A DNA stretch of 64,000 bases, taken from the human T2T-CHM13v2.0 reference genome, Homo sapiens. A model generated the notes under the pieces. That model ran no database searches and was not told the DNA's origin. It saw only the letters and a list, made by a program, of their open reading frames with translations. The translations under genes were made by a program, and so were the position numbers. This document shows positions 1 to 23,279 of the stretch, piece by piece; position 1 is the first letter of the stretch, and each line of letters begins with the position of its first letter. The stretch is from the NCBI RefSeq assembly GCF_009914755.1, contig NC_060926.1; one strand, written 5' to 3'.

Positions 1-416
1 AATGGCTAACAAACATATGAAAAAATGCTGAACATCACTAATGATCACTAAAATCACTAATCATCTAATCACTAATCACTAATCATCACTAAAAAATGCA
101 AATCAAAACCACAATCAAATCAAAACATCAAAAAATAACAGATGCTGGCATGGATGTGGTGAAAAGGGAACACTTTTACACTACTGGTAGGAATGTAAAC
201 TAGTACAACCACTATGGAAAACAGTGTGGGGTTTCCTTTAAAAACTAAAAGCAGAACTACCATTTGATCCAGCAATCCCACTACTGGTATCTACCCAGAG
301 GAAAAGAAGTCATTATATGAAAAAGACACTTGCTCATGCATGTTTATAGCAGCACAATTCACAATTGCAAAAATATGGGACCAGCCATCAATTAACAAGT
401 GGATAAAGAAATTGTG

Positions 417-490
<74 letters not shown>

Positions 491-835
491 TGTATATATA
501 TATATACCATGGAATACTACTCAGCTATAAAAAGGAACTAAATAATGGCATTTTCAGCAACCTGGATGGAATTGGAGACCATTATTTGAAGTGAAATAAC
601 TCAGGAATGGAAAACCAAACATCCGTGATGATGCAAAGGCATAAGGATGATACAACTGGACTCTGGGGACTCAGTGGAAAGGGTGGGAGGGGGGTGAGGG
701 ATAAAAGACTACACATTGTGTACAGGGTACACTTCTCAGGTGATGAGTACACTAAATACTCAGAAATCATCATTAAAGAATGTATTCATGTAACCAAACA
801 CTATTGAAATAAAAATATTAAAACTTAAAAAAAAT
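1..835 (+). mobile_element. LINE-1 3' end fragment (L1PB-like): ORF2 C-terminus remnant, 3'UTR and A-rich tail
   Basis: MFIAAQFTIAKIW (ORF2 C-terminal motif); 3'UTR 'ggtgatgagtacactaaatactcagaaatcatcattaaagaa...gtaaccaaacac' resembles L1PB ends; A-rich tail ~788-835. Confidence 0.85.
421..505. repeat. (TA)n(TG)n compound microsatellite inside the L1
   Basis: Seen directly; explains the IYIY/VCVC run in ORF 340..594. Confidence 0.97.
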
Positions 836-3415
<2,580 letters not shown>

Positions 3416-6400
3416 ATTATACAGAGAGATTCCCATGTGCTTTTTGCCTAGTTTATCTCAGAGGGAAATATCTTACAAAACTATAGTAAAATACAATAAG
3501 CAGGATGCTGACATTGACAGTCAAGATACAGAGGATTTTCATCACCACAAGGATTTTTTATGTTGCCCTTGTATAGCCAAACCCACCTCCTTCCTACACC
3601 CTTTGTCTGTTAATGTGGTAGATTACACTGATTTTCTAATATTGAACCAGACTTGCATCTCTGAAACAAACCCCGCTTAATATTGTTATGCAGTTCTTCT
3701 CATATATTGCTGAATTATATATTAATGTTTTATTAAAGATTTTTGCACCTATATTCATTAGGGATATTGATCTGTGGTTTTCTTTGTCTTTTCTCTTTGT
3801 CATACTGTCTTTGTCTAACTTTGATATCAGAGTACTAACAACTTCATAAAGTGAATTAGGAAGTATTCCCTTCTCTTCTATTTTCTAGGAAAGATTGTTT
3901 AGAACTGGTGTTAATTCTTCCTTAAATGTTTTGCAGAATTCTTCAATGAAACTATGGGGCCTAGAGATTTCATTTGGGGGAGTTGTTAAATTACAAATTC
4001 AATCTTTTAATAATAAAGATAGTCAGACTATTTCATACTGGGTGAGTTGTGGAAGTTTTTTTTTAAAGTGGTTGATTTCATCTAAGGTGTCAATTGTATG
4101 CATATAGAATTGTTTATGGCATTACCTTAACATCCTTGATGTTTGTAGGAACTATAGTGATAGCCCCTGTTTCATTGCTGATATTGGTAATATGTGCCTT
4201 TCCTTTTTGTTTGTCAGTCTTGCAAAGATTTGTCAATCTTACTGATCTTTTCAAAGAACTAGCCCTTTGTGGCATTTATTTTTCTGTTGTTTTTCTGCTT
4301 TCATTTTCATTGATTTCTGCTCTTTATTATTTCCTTCCTTCTGCTTGCTTTGGGGTTATTTTGCTCTTATTTTCCTAGGTTCTTGAGGTGGGAGCTTAGA
4401 TTGTTGATTTTAGGATTTTCTACTTTTCTTGTACATTTAGAGCTAGAAGTTTTCCTGTGATCTTTTTACTATTGATTTTTACTTTGATTCCATTGTAGTC
4501 AAGGAAAGCACTCTGTATGATTTCATTTCTTTTAAACTTGATATAGCTCAGGGTATGACTTATCTTGGCATATGTTCTGAGGGTACTTGGAAAGAATATG
4601 TATTCTACTGTTGAGTAGAATGTTCCATAAATGTTGATTAGATCCTCTTGGTTGATGATGTTGTTCAGTTCTTCCATATTTTTGCTGACTTTCTGTCTAG
4701 CTCTAATCAATTGTTGAGAGTAGACTGTTGGCCTCTTCAATTATAGTTGTGGATTTTTCTATTTCTCCTTTCAGATCTATCTGAATTGAGAAGTTTTTGC
4801 TTCACATATTTTGCAGCTGTATGGTTTGGTGAATAAACATTTAGGGTTGCTATATGTTCTTAGAGAATTAACCCTTCTATAATTATGTAATGTCTCTTTC
4901 TGTCTTAATTTTCTTTGCTCTGAAGTCTGCTTTATCAGTTATTAATACACGTACTTCTGAATGCCTTTGATTAGTGATATATTTTTCATTCTTTTACTTT
5001 AAAGCTGTCTATATTACGTTGGAAATGTGTTTCTTGATGGCAGCATATAGTCAGATCATTTTTTTTAATTCACTCTGCCAGTCTTTTAATTGGTGTATTT
5101 AGACCATTTACATTCAATGTAATTATTAATATGTTAGGACTTAAGTCTGCATTTTAATTTTTTCAGTTTATTCTCACTGGTTTTATTTGTTTCTTTATTG
5201 CTTGATTTTAATTTTTATGCCCTCCTGTGGGTTTCTTGGATGTATTTTTAGAATTCCATTTTGATTTTTTTGTAGTATTTTTGAGTGTATCTCTTTGCAT
5301 AGTTTTTTCAGTGGTTGTTCTCAATATTACTTAAAATACACATAACTTATTACAGTCCTCTGGTGTCATAATTTCACCAGTGTGAGTAAAGTGCAGAAAC
5401 CTTACCTGTCTTTACATCCCTTCAACATATTCAATTTATAATATAATAGTATTTGTTCCTCTACATACATTTGGAATAACATTAGAGATTAGTACAAATT
5501 TTGCCTCAACTGTCAAACATAATTTAGAAAACTCAAGAGGAGAAGGAAAACCTGTTGTATTTGCCCATATTTTTGCTGTCTGTGTTCTTTCTTCCTTTCT
5601 GATGCTCCAAGGTTCCTTCTGGTATTATTTCCTTTCTGCTTAGAGAACTTCCATTAGCTATTATTTTAATATAGGTCTGCTGAAGACAAATTCTCTTAGT
5701 TTTCCTTCATCTGACAATGTCTTGATTTCCCCTTTATTCCTGAAGGGTATTTCACACTGACTACAAGATTCTGAATTGAAAGTCGTCTTTCAATATTTGA
5801 AAAATATTGTGTCACTTCCTTCTCAATGACTTATGATGAGAAATACAGTGTCATTCTAATTGCTTTTTTCATACTAATTAAGATGTTATTTTTCTCTGAC
5901 TGCATTCAATATATTTTCTTTTCTTTAGTTCTCAGACATTATGTTGTGTGTTGGCATGCACTTCTTTGGCTTTTCTTGTTTGAGAGTTTCTGAGCCTCTT
6001 GAGTCTGTAGGTTTTCGTCTCTTGTCAAATCTGAGAAGTTTTTGGTTATTATTTCTTCTAGTCTTCATTCATTGCCTTTCTCCTCTTTTTCTGGAACTGC
6101 AATGACATGAATGCTAGATCTTTTGTTATAATCCCACAGGTCCCTGAGTCTCTGTTTAGTTGTTTGGTCTGTACCCTCCATTCTGCTGTTGAGCCCATCA
6201 CTAAGATTTATATTTCCATATTCTGGAAATTAAGGATTATGAGATGATGAAATCATCCTGGATTATCTGGGTAGGTCTAGATCTAGTGATAGGTATTCTT
6301 ATAAGAGAAATACAGAGGAGGTAGCATGCACCTATGGAGGCAGAGATTAGAATGAAGCAGCTACAAGCCATGGAACACCTGGAGCCACCAGAAGCTGGAA

Positions 6401-7010
6401 GAGGCAAATAACAAAATCTCCTGTGGAGACTTTGAAGGAAGTGCGGTCCTGCTGACACCTTGATTTTGGATTTCTGGCCTCCAGAGCTGTGAGAGATTAC
6501 ACTTCTGTTGTTGTAAATCAAATTTATAGTAGTTTGTCACAGTAGCCATAGGAAGCTAGTACAGCAACTATTGTCTTTTTTTCATTCAGTTTGAGATCTT
6601 CTTGGTTCTTGGTTCTTCATGATTTTCAATTGGAACCTGAACATTTTTTATAAGTGATGAGGCTCTGGGGTTCATTTGAGCTTTATGTTTAAGCTGGCTT
6701 TTTCAAACTTCACTCTGGCAGGGGGCTGCCTCATTACTGTCCACTTATTAGGTGAAGGTAGAAGTCTAGGTTCCCCATTCAGCCTCCATTGCCATCTGAG
6801 GAGTTGGGAAAGCTCCTTTTTAGTACTGGGTAAGAATGGCAGTTCTGCCTCCCAACATGGACTCTACTGACACTGAATTGGGTGTCAAATTGGCCTTGTT
6901 ACTACTGGGTGATAGTGAAATCCCAACTCCCCCACTAGAGTTCCTCTGACACCACCTCACTGGGGAGGGGAGGGGTGCATCATTACTGCCAAGTGCAGGT
7001 GGAGTTGATA
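3416..7010 (-). mobile_element. Old mammalian L1M (L1MC/L1MD-like) antisense fragments, interrupted by an MLT1 LTR
   Basis: T-rich antisense ORF2 remnant (4420..4740: EELNNIINQEDLINIYGTFY, EN-domain-like); L1MC-type 3'UTR at 3420-3600. Confidence 0.75.
6225..6562 (+). mobile_element. MaLR solo LTR (MLT1B/MLT1C-like)
   Basis: 'ggagccaccagaagctggaagaggcaa', 'ctgctgacaccttgattttggatttctggcctccagagctgtgagag', terminal 'ggaagctagtaca'. Confidence 0.85.
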
Positions 7011-7611
7011 GGAATAAGTAATTGATTGAATGGGCAGGGAAAGGGAAAATTAAAAGTCTAGATCAACTTTCAAGTTTCACCTTGGGCAATGGCTTAGGGA
7101 GTAGTACTATTTTCCAAGATAAGGAATACTGGAAAAGAAGCAACTCTGATAGAGACAGAAAGATTATAGGTACTATTTTAGTCACATTGAGTATTAGTAA
7201 CCTGTGGGATATCCATGTAGCAACCATCCAGAAGGCAGTAGGATGGACTTGTCTGGAGCTTGGGAGACAGATCTGGTTCCTATTGCCCTGGGAAGGTTGA
7301 GGTTGTCTGGGAAAAGCAAGGAGTTAGGCCAGGCATGGTGGCTTACACCTGTAATCCCACACTTTGGGAGGCCGAGGTGGGCAGATCACTTGAGCCCAGG
7401 AGGTCAAGACCAGCCTGGACAACATGGCAAGGTGTCATCTCTACAAAAAATACAAAAATTAGCTGAGTGTGGTGCAACTATAGTCTCAGCTACTCAGGAG
7501 GCTGAGGTGGGAGGATCATCTGAGCCTGGGAGGTTGAGGCTGCAGTGAGAAATGATCACACCACTGTGCTCCAACCTTGGCTCTTGGCGATGGGAGTGAG
7601 ACCCTGCCTCA

Positions 7612-7643
<32 letters not shown>

Positions 7644-7770
7644 ACAGAAAGAAAGAAGTTAGAACCCAGTCCCTTGAACAGAACCCTGAGAAACATCAGC
7701 ACTGGAGGAGCAGTAGAGGCAGAGAAGCCAGCAAAGAAGATGGAAAAGCAGCAGGCAGAGAGGTAGGAAG
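7010..7770 (-). mobile_element. L2 fragment split by an Alu
   Basis: L2-like 'ggatatccatgtagc...gaaggcagtaggat...gtctggagcttgggagacagatctgg', continuing after the Alu. Confidence 0.6.
7327..7650 (+). mobile_element. AluJ-like SINE with (CAAAA)n tail
   Basis: 'ggccaggcatggtggcttacacctgtaatccc...cttgagcccaggagg...gaggctgaggtgggaggatc...gaggctgcagtgag' (AluJ-type positions), dimeric structure. Confidence 0.95.
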
Positions 7771-8459
7771 CAAATGAGCATGCCACAAACATGTAAAGCA
7801 AAGTTGGTGCAATAGTTACTTATCTGCACCCTGGACCCCAGTGTTCCCTCCTGTTGAGGTTCCTTTAGACCTAGAGTGTTCCCCAACTGTGCCTTTTACC
7901 TTTCCTTTCCTTTGTCTCAAGCTTCCTTGGTAGAAAACACAGCCCCTTGATCAGAAGGATGATGCCAGCCACAAATTCTAAGGTAGGCAAGAGAGCTCAG
8001 GGTTTAAAAGAAATAGGACTCCTTTCTGTCAGAACCTCCTCTGTGAAAAGAGGAGTGAAATCCCTGGAGGAGGGAGAAAGCTACTGTCACTTCCCATAAA
8101 TAGGTAGGTCAGAGCAGCTCTGAAAGATGATTGAACCAAATCGATGTGAGGGACCCAAGAGGTGACTTTTGCACAGGGAATTTAGTGATAGCACAAGAGG
8201 GGAGAAATAGAAAAAAAGTAGTAATAATCATACAACATGAAAACAGATTCAAAATTTTCATGCAAACTATGGGATTTTTTGTTCATTTCAGATCACTAAA
8301 TGACATGAGACATACTCTTTCTTAATGAAAGGACTCTGAGTTTCAACATGGAGACTCTGGTTTACATTTTCATTTCAGTTTCCCTCCAGGATGTTTTCTC
8401 TCCAAGTTCTCTTCTCAAGGCTGGTTCTCTAGAGACACCATAGGTCAGAAGGCACTTAA

Positions 8460-8660
8460 CCATAATAATAACCTCAGCTGACATTTATTAAACACTTACT
8501 GTGGACCTTGCCCTCGGCTAAACTCTTTACATAATTTATCTAATTTAATCATTCCAATAATCCTACAACATATGCATTGTCACACCTTTTATGAAGAGTC
8601 TAACGCACAGAAAGGTTAGGTAATTTATCCGAGACCACACAGGTTCTAAGTGCCTTTTTT
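8460..8660 (-). mobile_element. MIR SINE
   Basis: 'gctgacatttattaaacacttactgtg...atctaatttaatc...gcacagaaaggttaggtaatttatccgagaccacaca'. Confidence 0.7.
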
Positions 8661-9194
8661 TTCCAGCACCAACTGGTACCCCACATACATGCATGAAACG
8701 CCAACAACTTTTCCACCTAAAAAGCAGGTGGCCCAATCTGGAAGGATGACAGCCAAGGGTCTCAGACACACATAGATAGTAGCGCCTCCACCCAAGAGGC
8801 TTTAGGTTGATAAATGAGCTGGTTGAGTTTCTCCAGTAGGGGAGTTCCTGGGATGTCAGGTTATTCTCCAGGCACATGATAACTTTCTGGAGCCTAAGTG
8901 AGCACCCCAGGTCTCTCTGTGAAGTGATATGGCATGACAGGAAGCTCTGGCTGCGCTAAAAACTGGGAGATATTCACAGTTATTAAACACAACTTTCTGC
9001 TTAAATAAAGAGATTATCTGTCTTACCTCCTCCTCCAACATTGGGCTAGTTCCTGAGATGCAACTTCAAACTCTTACCTGAGTCAATAACATCTGCCTCA
9101 TTCAGGATGTGGCAGACTTTCTGGCAGTGAGTCAAGCAAAATTTGTGCAGTAAAGTAATCTGCACACTTCTGAGTGCATTACCATTCAATATTT

Positions 9195-11100
9195 CATTAT
9201 TCGTTAATTCAGCAAAATATTTTTCAGCACCTTCCATATGCCAGGCATTATGAGCATTCAAAGATGAACAAGATCAGTCCCTGCTTTTGGAGGAGCTGAC
9301 CCAGTGGCAGATGAGTTATTTAATGCTGAGGGAAGTGTGACAAGAGAGCCAAGCACAGGGTATTAGGGAAATATGGAGGAGCCACAGCCAGCCCCACCAG
9401 TGGGGTTCTGAAAGAAGAGTTCTGGGAGAAGGAAGACTCCGGTCAAGTTTCAAAGGCCTGAAGCAATGGGTGGAGTTCGCATTTTCAGGAAGAAAGGGAG
9501 GACAATCGGGGCAGAGAAAATAGCTGGAGCAGAGGTTTGGAGGTGAGACATAATTTGAGTTATTGAGAAGTAGAACAAGCTCTTTAGCATGCCAAGGAAA
9601 AGGCAAAATGGTCATAAGAGACGAAGCCAAAGAAGTAGAAGAGAGTTCTCTGTGGCCCATTAAAGAAGCTGGGCATCTCCAGCCTCATGGAAGTCTTTTA
9701 AGTGATGGTGTGAAGATCTGAACATTAAATGGCTCAGTTGAGGCTTTGGGTACAGGAAAGCTTTTCCAAAGGACACTAACAATGTGTGGAGCATGTTGCT
9801 AGATTTTTAGCGCTTTGTACAGAAGACTTATAAGAGTACCTAGAACACTGCCGTATTCTCTTCCTTCTCCTCTTGGAGGGGAGGGTTACCCTTAAGCAGG
9901 TTTCTCCCATTTCAAATGAAGTCACTCAACCCTCCACACACACGTGCACATAGGAGGAGAAAGAAAAAGGGAAAATAGGCAAATTAATTATAAGATCAAC
10001 CTCAGTCAAACCATTAAATCCTGTTAGTTCAAACTTTTGCTTCTATTGACTAGACATGAAATTGGCAGCAGGGTAGGGAGGAATTAGAAGGCAAACTATT
10101 CATTTAAATGGCCCCTATCATGCCCCTGCCCTGGAGGAGCTCACAGTCTAGTGGAGAACCCAGATAAAGAAACAAGAAATATTTTACGTGTGGAACAAAT
10201 AAAGACCTTAAGCACAGAGCAAACAAGAAGCACTTAAGAGGGACACCTAAAACAGGCTGGGAAGAGTAATGGAGGAGCCTTCTTGAGGAAATGATGTCTG
10301 GGCCAAATCAGTAGAACTAGACTAAGAAAGTGGTAAAGGTAAAGGGAGAGAGAGTTCCAAGCAGAGGGAGCAGCAGGGATGTGTGTGTGCATGTGTGCGC
10401 ATGTGTGTGTGTGAGAAAATTTGGGGGACTCTAGTACTTACATGGGGACTAAAATAACTCCAGAGAGGTAAGAAAGGCTTACATTTTAAAGGCCTTCGTA
10501 AGACTTATGTATTAGCGTTAAGTCATGGGAATAGATCAAAATGAGCTCAGTTCTGGATGTGATAATGTTGTGCTGCCCAGGGCACCCCAGTGGAGTGTTC
10601 ACAGGGAGTTAGCATCACTCCGCTAGCTCCAGAGAGATGACTTATTTGTACATACAGATCTGGAATCACTGACTAGGTGGTAGTAGAAGCCATCCATGTG
10701 TTTCTGTACTAAAATAGAGTGCAATGAGTGGAAATAGAACAGGACAGAGGGTGGGAGGATAGAGTCATAAGAAACTACAGCATTTATAGGGCTAGAGAAA
10801 GGAAGTCCAGTCTTCAGAGGAAACTGAGAAAGAGTCATTCTAAAAGATTGGAGGGAAATTGAGAAAGGGATAGGTCCAGGAAGTCAAAGGTGGATAGAGA
10901 TGCAAGAAAGAAAAAGTGGTGTCAAATATTTCAGTGAGATATGGTAAAATGAGAATTGAAAAGGCTATTGAATTTGACAATTAGAAACCTTTTCTAGGTT
11001 AGTTTGAGTGGAGGGTTTGCGGGGGCAAAGCCAGGTAATTTGAAGAAAGTGAGAAAACAGATATGACAAAGTTACACAATTCTTTTAAGAAGTGTAGAAG
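9195..11100 (-). mobile_element. Degenerate L2 fragments with an unassigned stretch at ~9730-10115
   Basis: L2 3' end antisense 'ttaattcagcaaaatattt...tgccaggcatt...gtccctgcttttggaggagct'; 'ccctgccctggaggagctcacagtctagtgg' near 10125. Confidence 0.6.
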
Positions 11101-14100
11101 AGGGATGAAGGTCATTACAGGGGAATATATACAAATTCAACTGAAAGGATAAAGTAGCTTAGCAATAAAACTCAAACTGTGTGGAAATATCACTTAATTC
11201 TGGATTCAACACATTCACATTTATAAAGTACTAACTACGCTAAGAAATACACTGGAACTTTCACGTAGCTAATTTTTTATTATGTAAAGTTAGTATCCTT
11301 TACATAGTGGTTGGTATCTTTTACAAGTGGGTGAACAAAGTTGAAGAATACTTTTTCCCCTGGCAATGTAGTAAAAGTTGTTGGGATTTTAAAAAAATAA
11401 CCTGAATTCAAAATGATACAATTTTCAGAAGACATTTATGCACTGAGGTCTTTCTTACCTTGCTTATAACATAATTATGCACTGGCTGAATACATTCAAT
11501 CATGTTTTGGCCAATCAATGTATGTTGCTTAGTCCTTTTTCACTACTTTTTTTTTGTGGATTTGCCAAATCATTTGGGAAGCGTTTTTCAAAATATACTG
11601 TGCTACTTAACTATATCTGTGGCTAGGTATGTTTTTCAATCCCATTCCAGGCACTTCATAAATTACCCACTCTGTAGAAGCCACAAGTAGCTCTAGAAAC
11701 AGACACTGCTGACACATGGATCTGCTTGGTCTCTTTTTGTCCTCATTGGTTTATGTGTATGCACCATTTTGTTTTCAAGACTGGCTCAAAGTAAATCATA
11801 ATTGCTAACAAACAGCAAATTCATCTTGTTTTACCCACTGTACTTGGCAATGCTGCCGAATTGTAGACTCTCAGTAAAAAAATTAAAATATCAGAATTAT
11901 TGCTACCTCTTTCACCTCCTCCTCTCAGCATTGAGAATACTGCCAATGGTACCTCCATGCTATCTTTCTGATATTTCCCTTTGTCTTTATTCCTTGGGCT
12001 AGGCTCTGATCTTATCTCCCTTGGATAATTACAACATTCCACCATCCTAGTTCTAGTTAAAGGCTTTTTCTGACATTATCTTTGCAATTATTCAGAAGCT
12101 CTGGATATCCCATCTATAATCATCAAGGGACCCTACTTCAGCTAGTTGGAAGGGGCATGAAGGCCCCAACAGGGAACAGTTGCATTTTACTATCCTGTTT
12201 GCACTTCTTGGAACACCATGAAAATCCTCCATGTTATTTAATTGAAACCAGGACACTAAAAGAAAACCTTAAGGGAAATGTTCCAAATTTTCTAATACAG
12301 GAATGGAGCAGCTTTTATCCTAGCCAAGAAGACATGAACACCCTTTATTCCAGTATTGCCCTTCACTGTCCCTTCTCAGGTGAAAGCCAGCCATTTGTAG
12401 ATTGTAAAAGGCCATGAATTCATAGACTCACTTGTCTATTTTAACTCCACAGAAAAACTAGTTTTTTACTACCTCTTTTGTTCCGTATCAGCTAGTTCCT
12501 ACACTGCTACCATTTTCTGCCCTACTCAGAAAAAGTGCTGTTATTTGACTGCCATGTAGTAAAGTGACACTGAAGAACATTTATAACACCTCCCAAATGG
12601 TCAAATATGGTAATTCCCAATGGCCAAGGAGAAATAAAATGTGTGGCTCATGAACCTCTTTTCTATTAAAAACCTCCACTGAAATACTGAAGTCACCGCA
12701 AAGTCGACGGTAGATGCTACAAATGGATCAGCGGCTTTTTAAAGGTCAGCAAGTCTCTTTCTCTCCCAAGTCTCAAAAACTCCCAATGAGACAGATGGGA
12801 AAATCCAATGGAGGCTCTGAGACACACACAACACGCCTTGCAAATGGAGGACAAGCACACAGCACATGCCACATGAAAAATGTCTGTCATGTTTTTCTTT
12901 CTTTTTTTTCCTCTCTTCAAACAGAAACTTTACTTCTACAGTGAAATTACTTGTTTCTACAATTTCACTTAAAAGGGATGAAATTTTCAAAATCATTTTT
13001 CTTGACTAAGATGTTATTTACAATGACGATGGGGATGGGATGGGGTGGGAAAAGCAGAAAAGAGTTTCAGGCCACATTGCTAATGACGGATGATTAATGA
13101 AAGGTAGAGTTATTTAATAAAGAAGATACAGATGGGAGGGCAGCAAAGGACCTTTCAATTGTGCCTCTGATCCCTCTATATGGTCCTAGCTGAGAGCGCC
13201 AAGTAGATTCCCCTAACTCTACGCCTATTATACAATATTTACAGTATCTCTTCTGTAAGGATGTAGGATGAAAAAGAAAAGATAATATTTGCTTTCATAA
13301 AGTTTTTTATAGAAAGTGATAAATAAAGCAAAATGAAAGGAATCATCTTTATATATGCTTTCTGCCTACTTTATAAATTCACCATAATCCAGGGCTGTTT
13401 CTGGGCTTCTCTTAGAAATCTTTCTGTGGGTCAGTAGAAAAGTTACTGTCTTATCCCCTATAAAAATAAAGGATCAAAGGATCATGGATACAAGCAGACT
13501 TTTGTATATCTCTCTGCCTCCTGATGGGACCCACCACTCAGATGGGCAGATGCTACTCTTCTTTTTCTGAAACTCTCCTGTTTTTCATTATGTTGAATCC
13601 AAACTCATTCAGGTGACTTATAGCTTTTGTTACACATAGAACACTTGATTACACCTTTCCTTTCAATAGTGTATGCATTAGAGACTGACCTCCTCCCATC
13701 CCTGTTCCCTAAAACTCCCCCCAACCTCCTCCTACACTGATACATAAACCACTATATTTAGGGGAAAAGGTGAATTTTCAACAAAAAGGATTCCCTGGTT
13801 AATTGAATTTTCTGTTCAACTAAAATCAGATCTTTGTGTTTCAAGCTGTCTTCATTCCTTAACAAGTTCAGTGCAGTGCATACAACTTTTCATGTGACTT
13901 GTGATTTGCAGGGCCACAGGATCATCTTTCCAAAATGTCAGGTCCCACTGGGTGGTATTTCCACACAAATAAAGAACATATCGGATATTGGGCTCAGTGA
14001 GCACTAATCTGAGAACATGCCCTAGAAGGTAGTTTAAAAAATATTCGTACACTTTGGCTATTATTTTATCATCTGTCATCACCCCTTGCCCCCTAACATA

Positions 14101-14519
14101 CACACCCCCACCCCAGAAAAGAGCAGAGAGAATAAATCTGGTTGTCTGAAGGTTGCTATTAGTTGAATCTGGGATAAATTCTAGATCTTAGCTAATTTTA
14201 CTCCCATGAAAATAAGGAAACCAAGACAATATAATTTGCTAATGCCATACAAAATTTATCCCCTCTTTTCTGATTTCAAGATTATTGAACCAAATTTTAG
14301 AATGTTTATAGACATTAAGCCACAATATAGTAGCCCTTGAGATCACATTAGTGTTTTCATCTTCAAGTTTCCCATCCTCTTTGGATATGATTATCATTTT
14401 TCTGTCTCTGTGTTCTCCATGGGACCGATCCCTAGGATCTACAAAGTTCAGTGAGACCCAGGTCTGCAAACATCAGTATTTGAATTCTTAGTCCTTACCA
14501 GGAAGCCCTCTGCTCAGGC

Positions 14520-14705
14520 ATAAACATGTGGGCTTGGGATCAGTGTGAAATGCAAATCCTGTGCCTACTTCTTACTCACTCTGTGACCTCAGGCAAATTA
14601 CTTAACACTTCTGTGCAGCATTTAGCCTACTTGTAAAATGGACACAAGAGAACTACCTGCTAGGGTTATTGTGAAGTTGAAATGAGATAATCTGGGTAAA
14701 ATACT
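14520..14705 (+). mobile_element. MIR SINE immediately upstream of the L1
   Basis: MIR core 'ctgtgacctcaggcaaattacttaac...tgtaaaatgg...gggttattgtgaagttgaaatgagataat'. Confidence 0.8.
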
Positions 14706-14710
14706 GAATA

Positions 14711-21470
<6,760 letters not shown>

Positions 21471-21545
21471 TCCTTAAGATTGAATGCCCTATTTAAATTC
21501 AGCCATTTTTATTGTTACACTGATAATCTCTTCCAATACCCACAT

Positions 21546-21734
21546 AGCAGTGTTTCTCAGAGGAGGTCTACAGACCAACCATGTCGGAATTATCCACAAA
21601 GTCTACAAATAATGTGAATTCCTGGTCCCTATTTCCAGTGGAGTCCCATTCAATAAGTCTGAGGTGAGGTTTACAAACTTGTTTTAAGTAAGTGTTCATT
21701 AATTCTGATGCACTCAATGTTTGAGAACCACTGC
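21546..21734. mobile_element. MER5-like hAT-Charlie MITE
   Basis: Terminal inverted repeats 'cagtgtttctca' ... 'tgagaaccactg', ~190 bp. Confidence 0.75.
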
Positions 21735-21864
21735 CATAATGGTTCTGAGAAACATTTGTTTGCTAAATCCATTTACTTTGCTAATTGGTGGCATCTCTTT
21801 ACATTATTTTTTCTCTTTTTGTCTCACATGAGCCTTTTCTCTGCGCTAGAAATTCAGATAATTT

Positions 21865-22430
21865 ATGCCATGGGCACTTGTCATTTGTTGGCTGTCCAAC
21901 ATTTGAATCCCCAACATCCAAATTCTACACTGGATTAGTCTTGGTGAGAGATAGGACACCTTTTCCCACTCCAAAAACTGAAGCAGGAATGTCCTCCTTT
22001 TTCACCTTCCCCACCCCCAACCCCTTCACATGTGTGCAAACATACCAGGGCAAGAACATTTGACCCAGTGCAGCCAAACAGACACTCCCACCCAGACTTT
22101 GAATTGGGGGAGACAGACCCATGGACAAAAGGATAGATGAGATGGCTGCGGCAGTGGTGGTGGCCCAGCCACAATGCTGTGACCAATAGCCCTGACAGTG
22201 TGCAGCAGTCTTGGTGATAAGGAGCACACCCACCCTTGCCCCTGCCAAGCTGGATAAAAATGTCTTTGATAAGGTGGGGAAAAGTGGGCTTTTTTTTCAA
22301 TATTAAGATGTTCTCCAATTATGCTAAAAGGTGGACAATCTTAGGAATATTTGATACGGTTCAGCAAAGAGACAGAGATTCAGCTAGCATACTAACACAC
22401 CAGAATTATACTGTATGTGGTTAGTCCATT
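21865..22430 (+). mobile_element. Probable old ERVL-class solo LTR, subfamily uncertain
   Basis: Start 'tgccatgggcacttgtcatttgttggctgtccaacatttgaatcccc' resembles old ERVL LTR 5' ends; weak recognition. Confidence 0.35.
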
Positions 22431-23279
22431 TTTGCAGGAGAAAAGTTTGCTTATCTTGAAGATACTTCACCCTCAGGCAAAATAGGCAGTGTCACTGTTT
22501 TTTATCTCCTTCCTGTAGAACTGATTCCCAACTCCTACTCTAGGTTTACCAAGGAAAACTAGATGGAACTGACTGCCTGGGCCTAGCAATAACAGAGAAG
22601 CAAAACCTGGGGAAGGGAGGGCTGCCGTAAAAGACAGAGGGGACTGTAGGAAATAGAGAGAAGAAATAAGGGGGTCACAGGGTCTACCAAGTCAGACGTG
22701 CAGACATGCGTGGATGGAGAGACTGCTCTGTGGGTGGATGGGGAGACTGCTCCGTGTACGGAAGAACTGCCCATTCACATCCCCCGTTTTCTTGGCTGCT
22801 ACTTAACTGGAGACATGCTCCTGCCTCTCCCTGCTCTACTCACCTCCCTTGGGAGTAGGAAAGACCTCAGAGATTGAAAGCCCCCCTGAACTCCCGCAGT
22901 CGGGAACCAGTCTATCCATTGAATGTATACATTACTCTCCTACATGTAAAATTTTTATGTGGTATGCATGGATTACCCTTCAAAGGGAAGACTAACAGAT
23001 TCAGAGGGTAAGCTCAAACAGAGGCATACATTAGTAAGCTCTTTTGACTGGAGAGCTAGAGATACCAAGAACCATGCTCTCGAAGTACTGGGTTAGATGA
23101 AGGGGTTGGGCTTGATGACCTTTAAAGTCCCTTCCAGCTGGAATGTTCTATATTCTGTAAATATTCTACACTCTCTTTATTTTAAAATGCAGCTTTTAGC
23201 AACCATGGCTCTGCCACACTTTAGGCAATCTCTTTGCCATTCTGAGTCTGTTTACTCTAGTGTGCATTGAGTGAGTGAC

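Noticed and set aside
340-594. ORFs with IYIY/VCVC/THTH runs (also 25157..25372, 36585..36978, 63238..63540)
   Set aside because: Translations of dinucleotide microsatellites, not proteins.
9730-10115. Unassigned sequence between L2 fragments
   Set aside because: No terminal repeats, TSD or ORF recognised; cannot be classified by eye.
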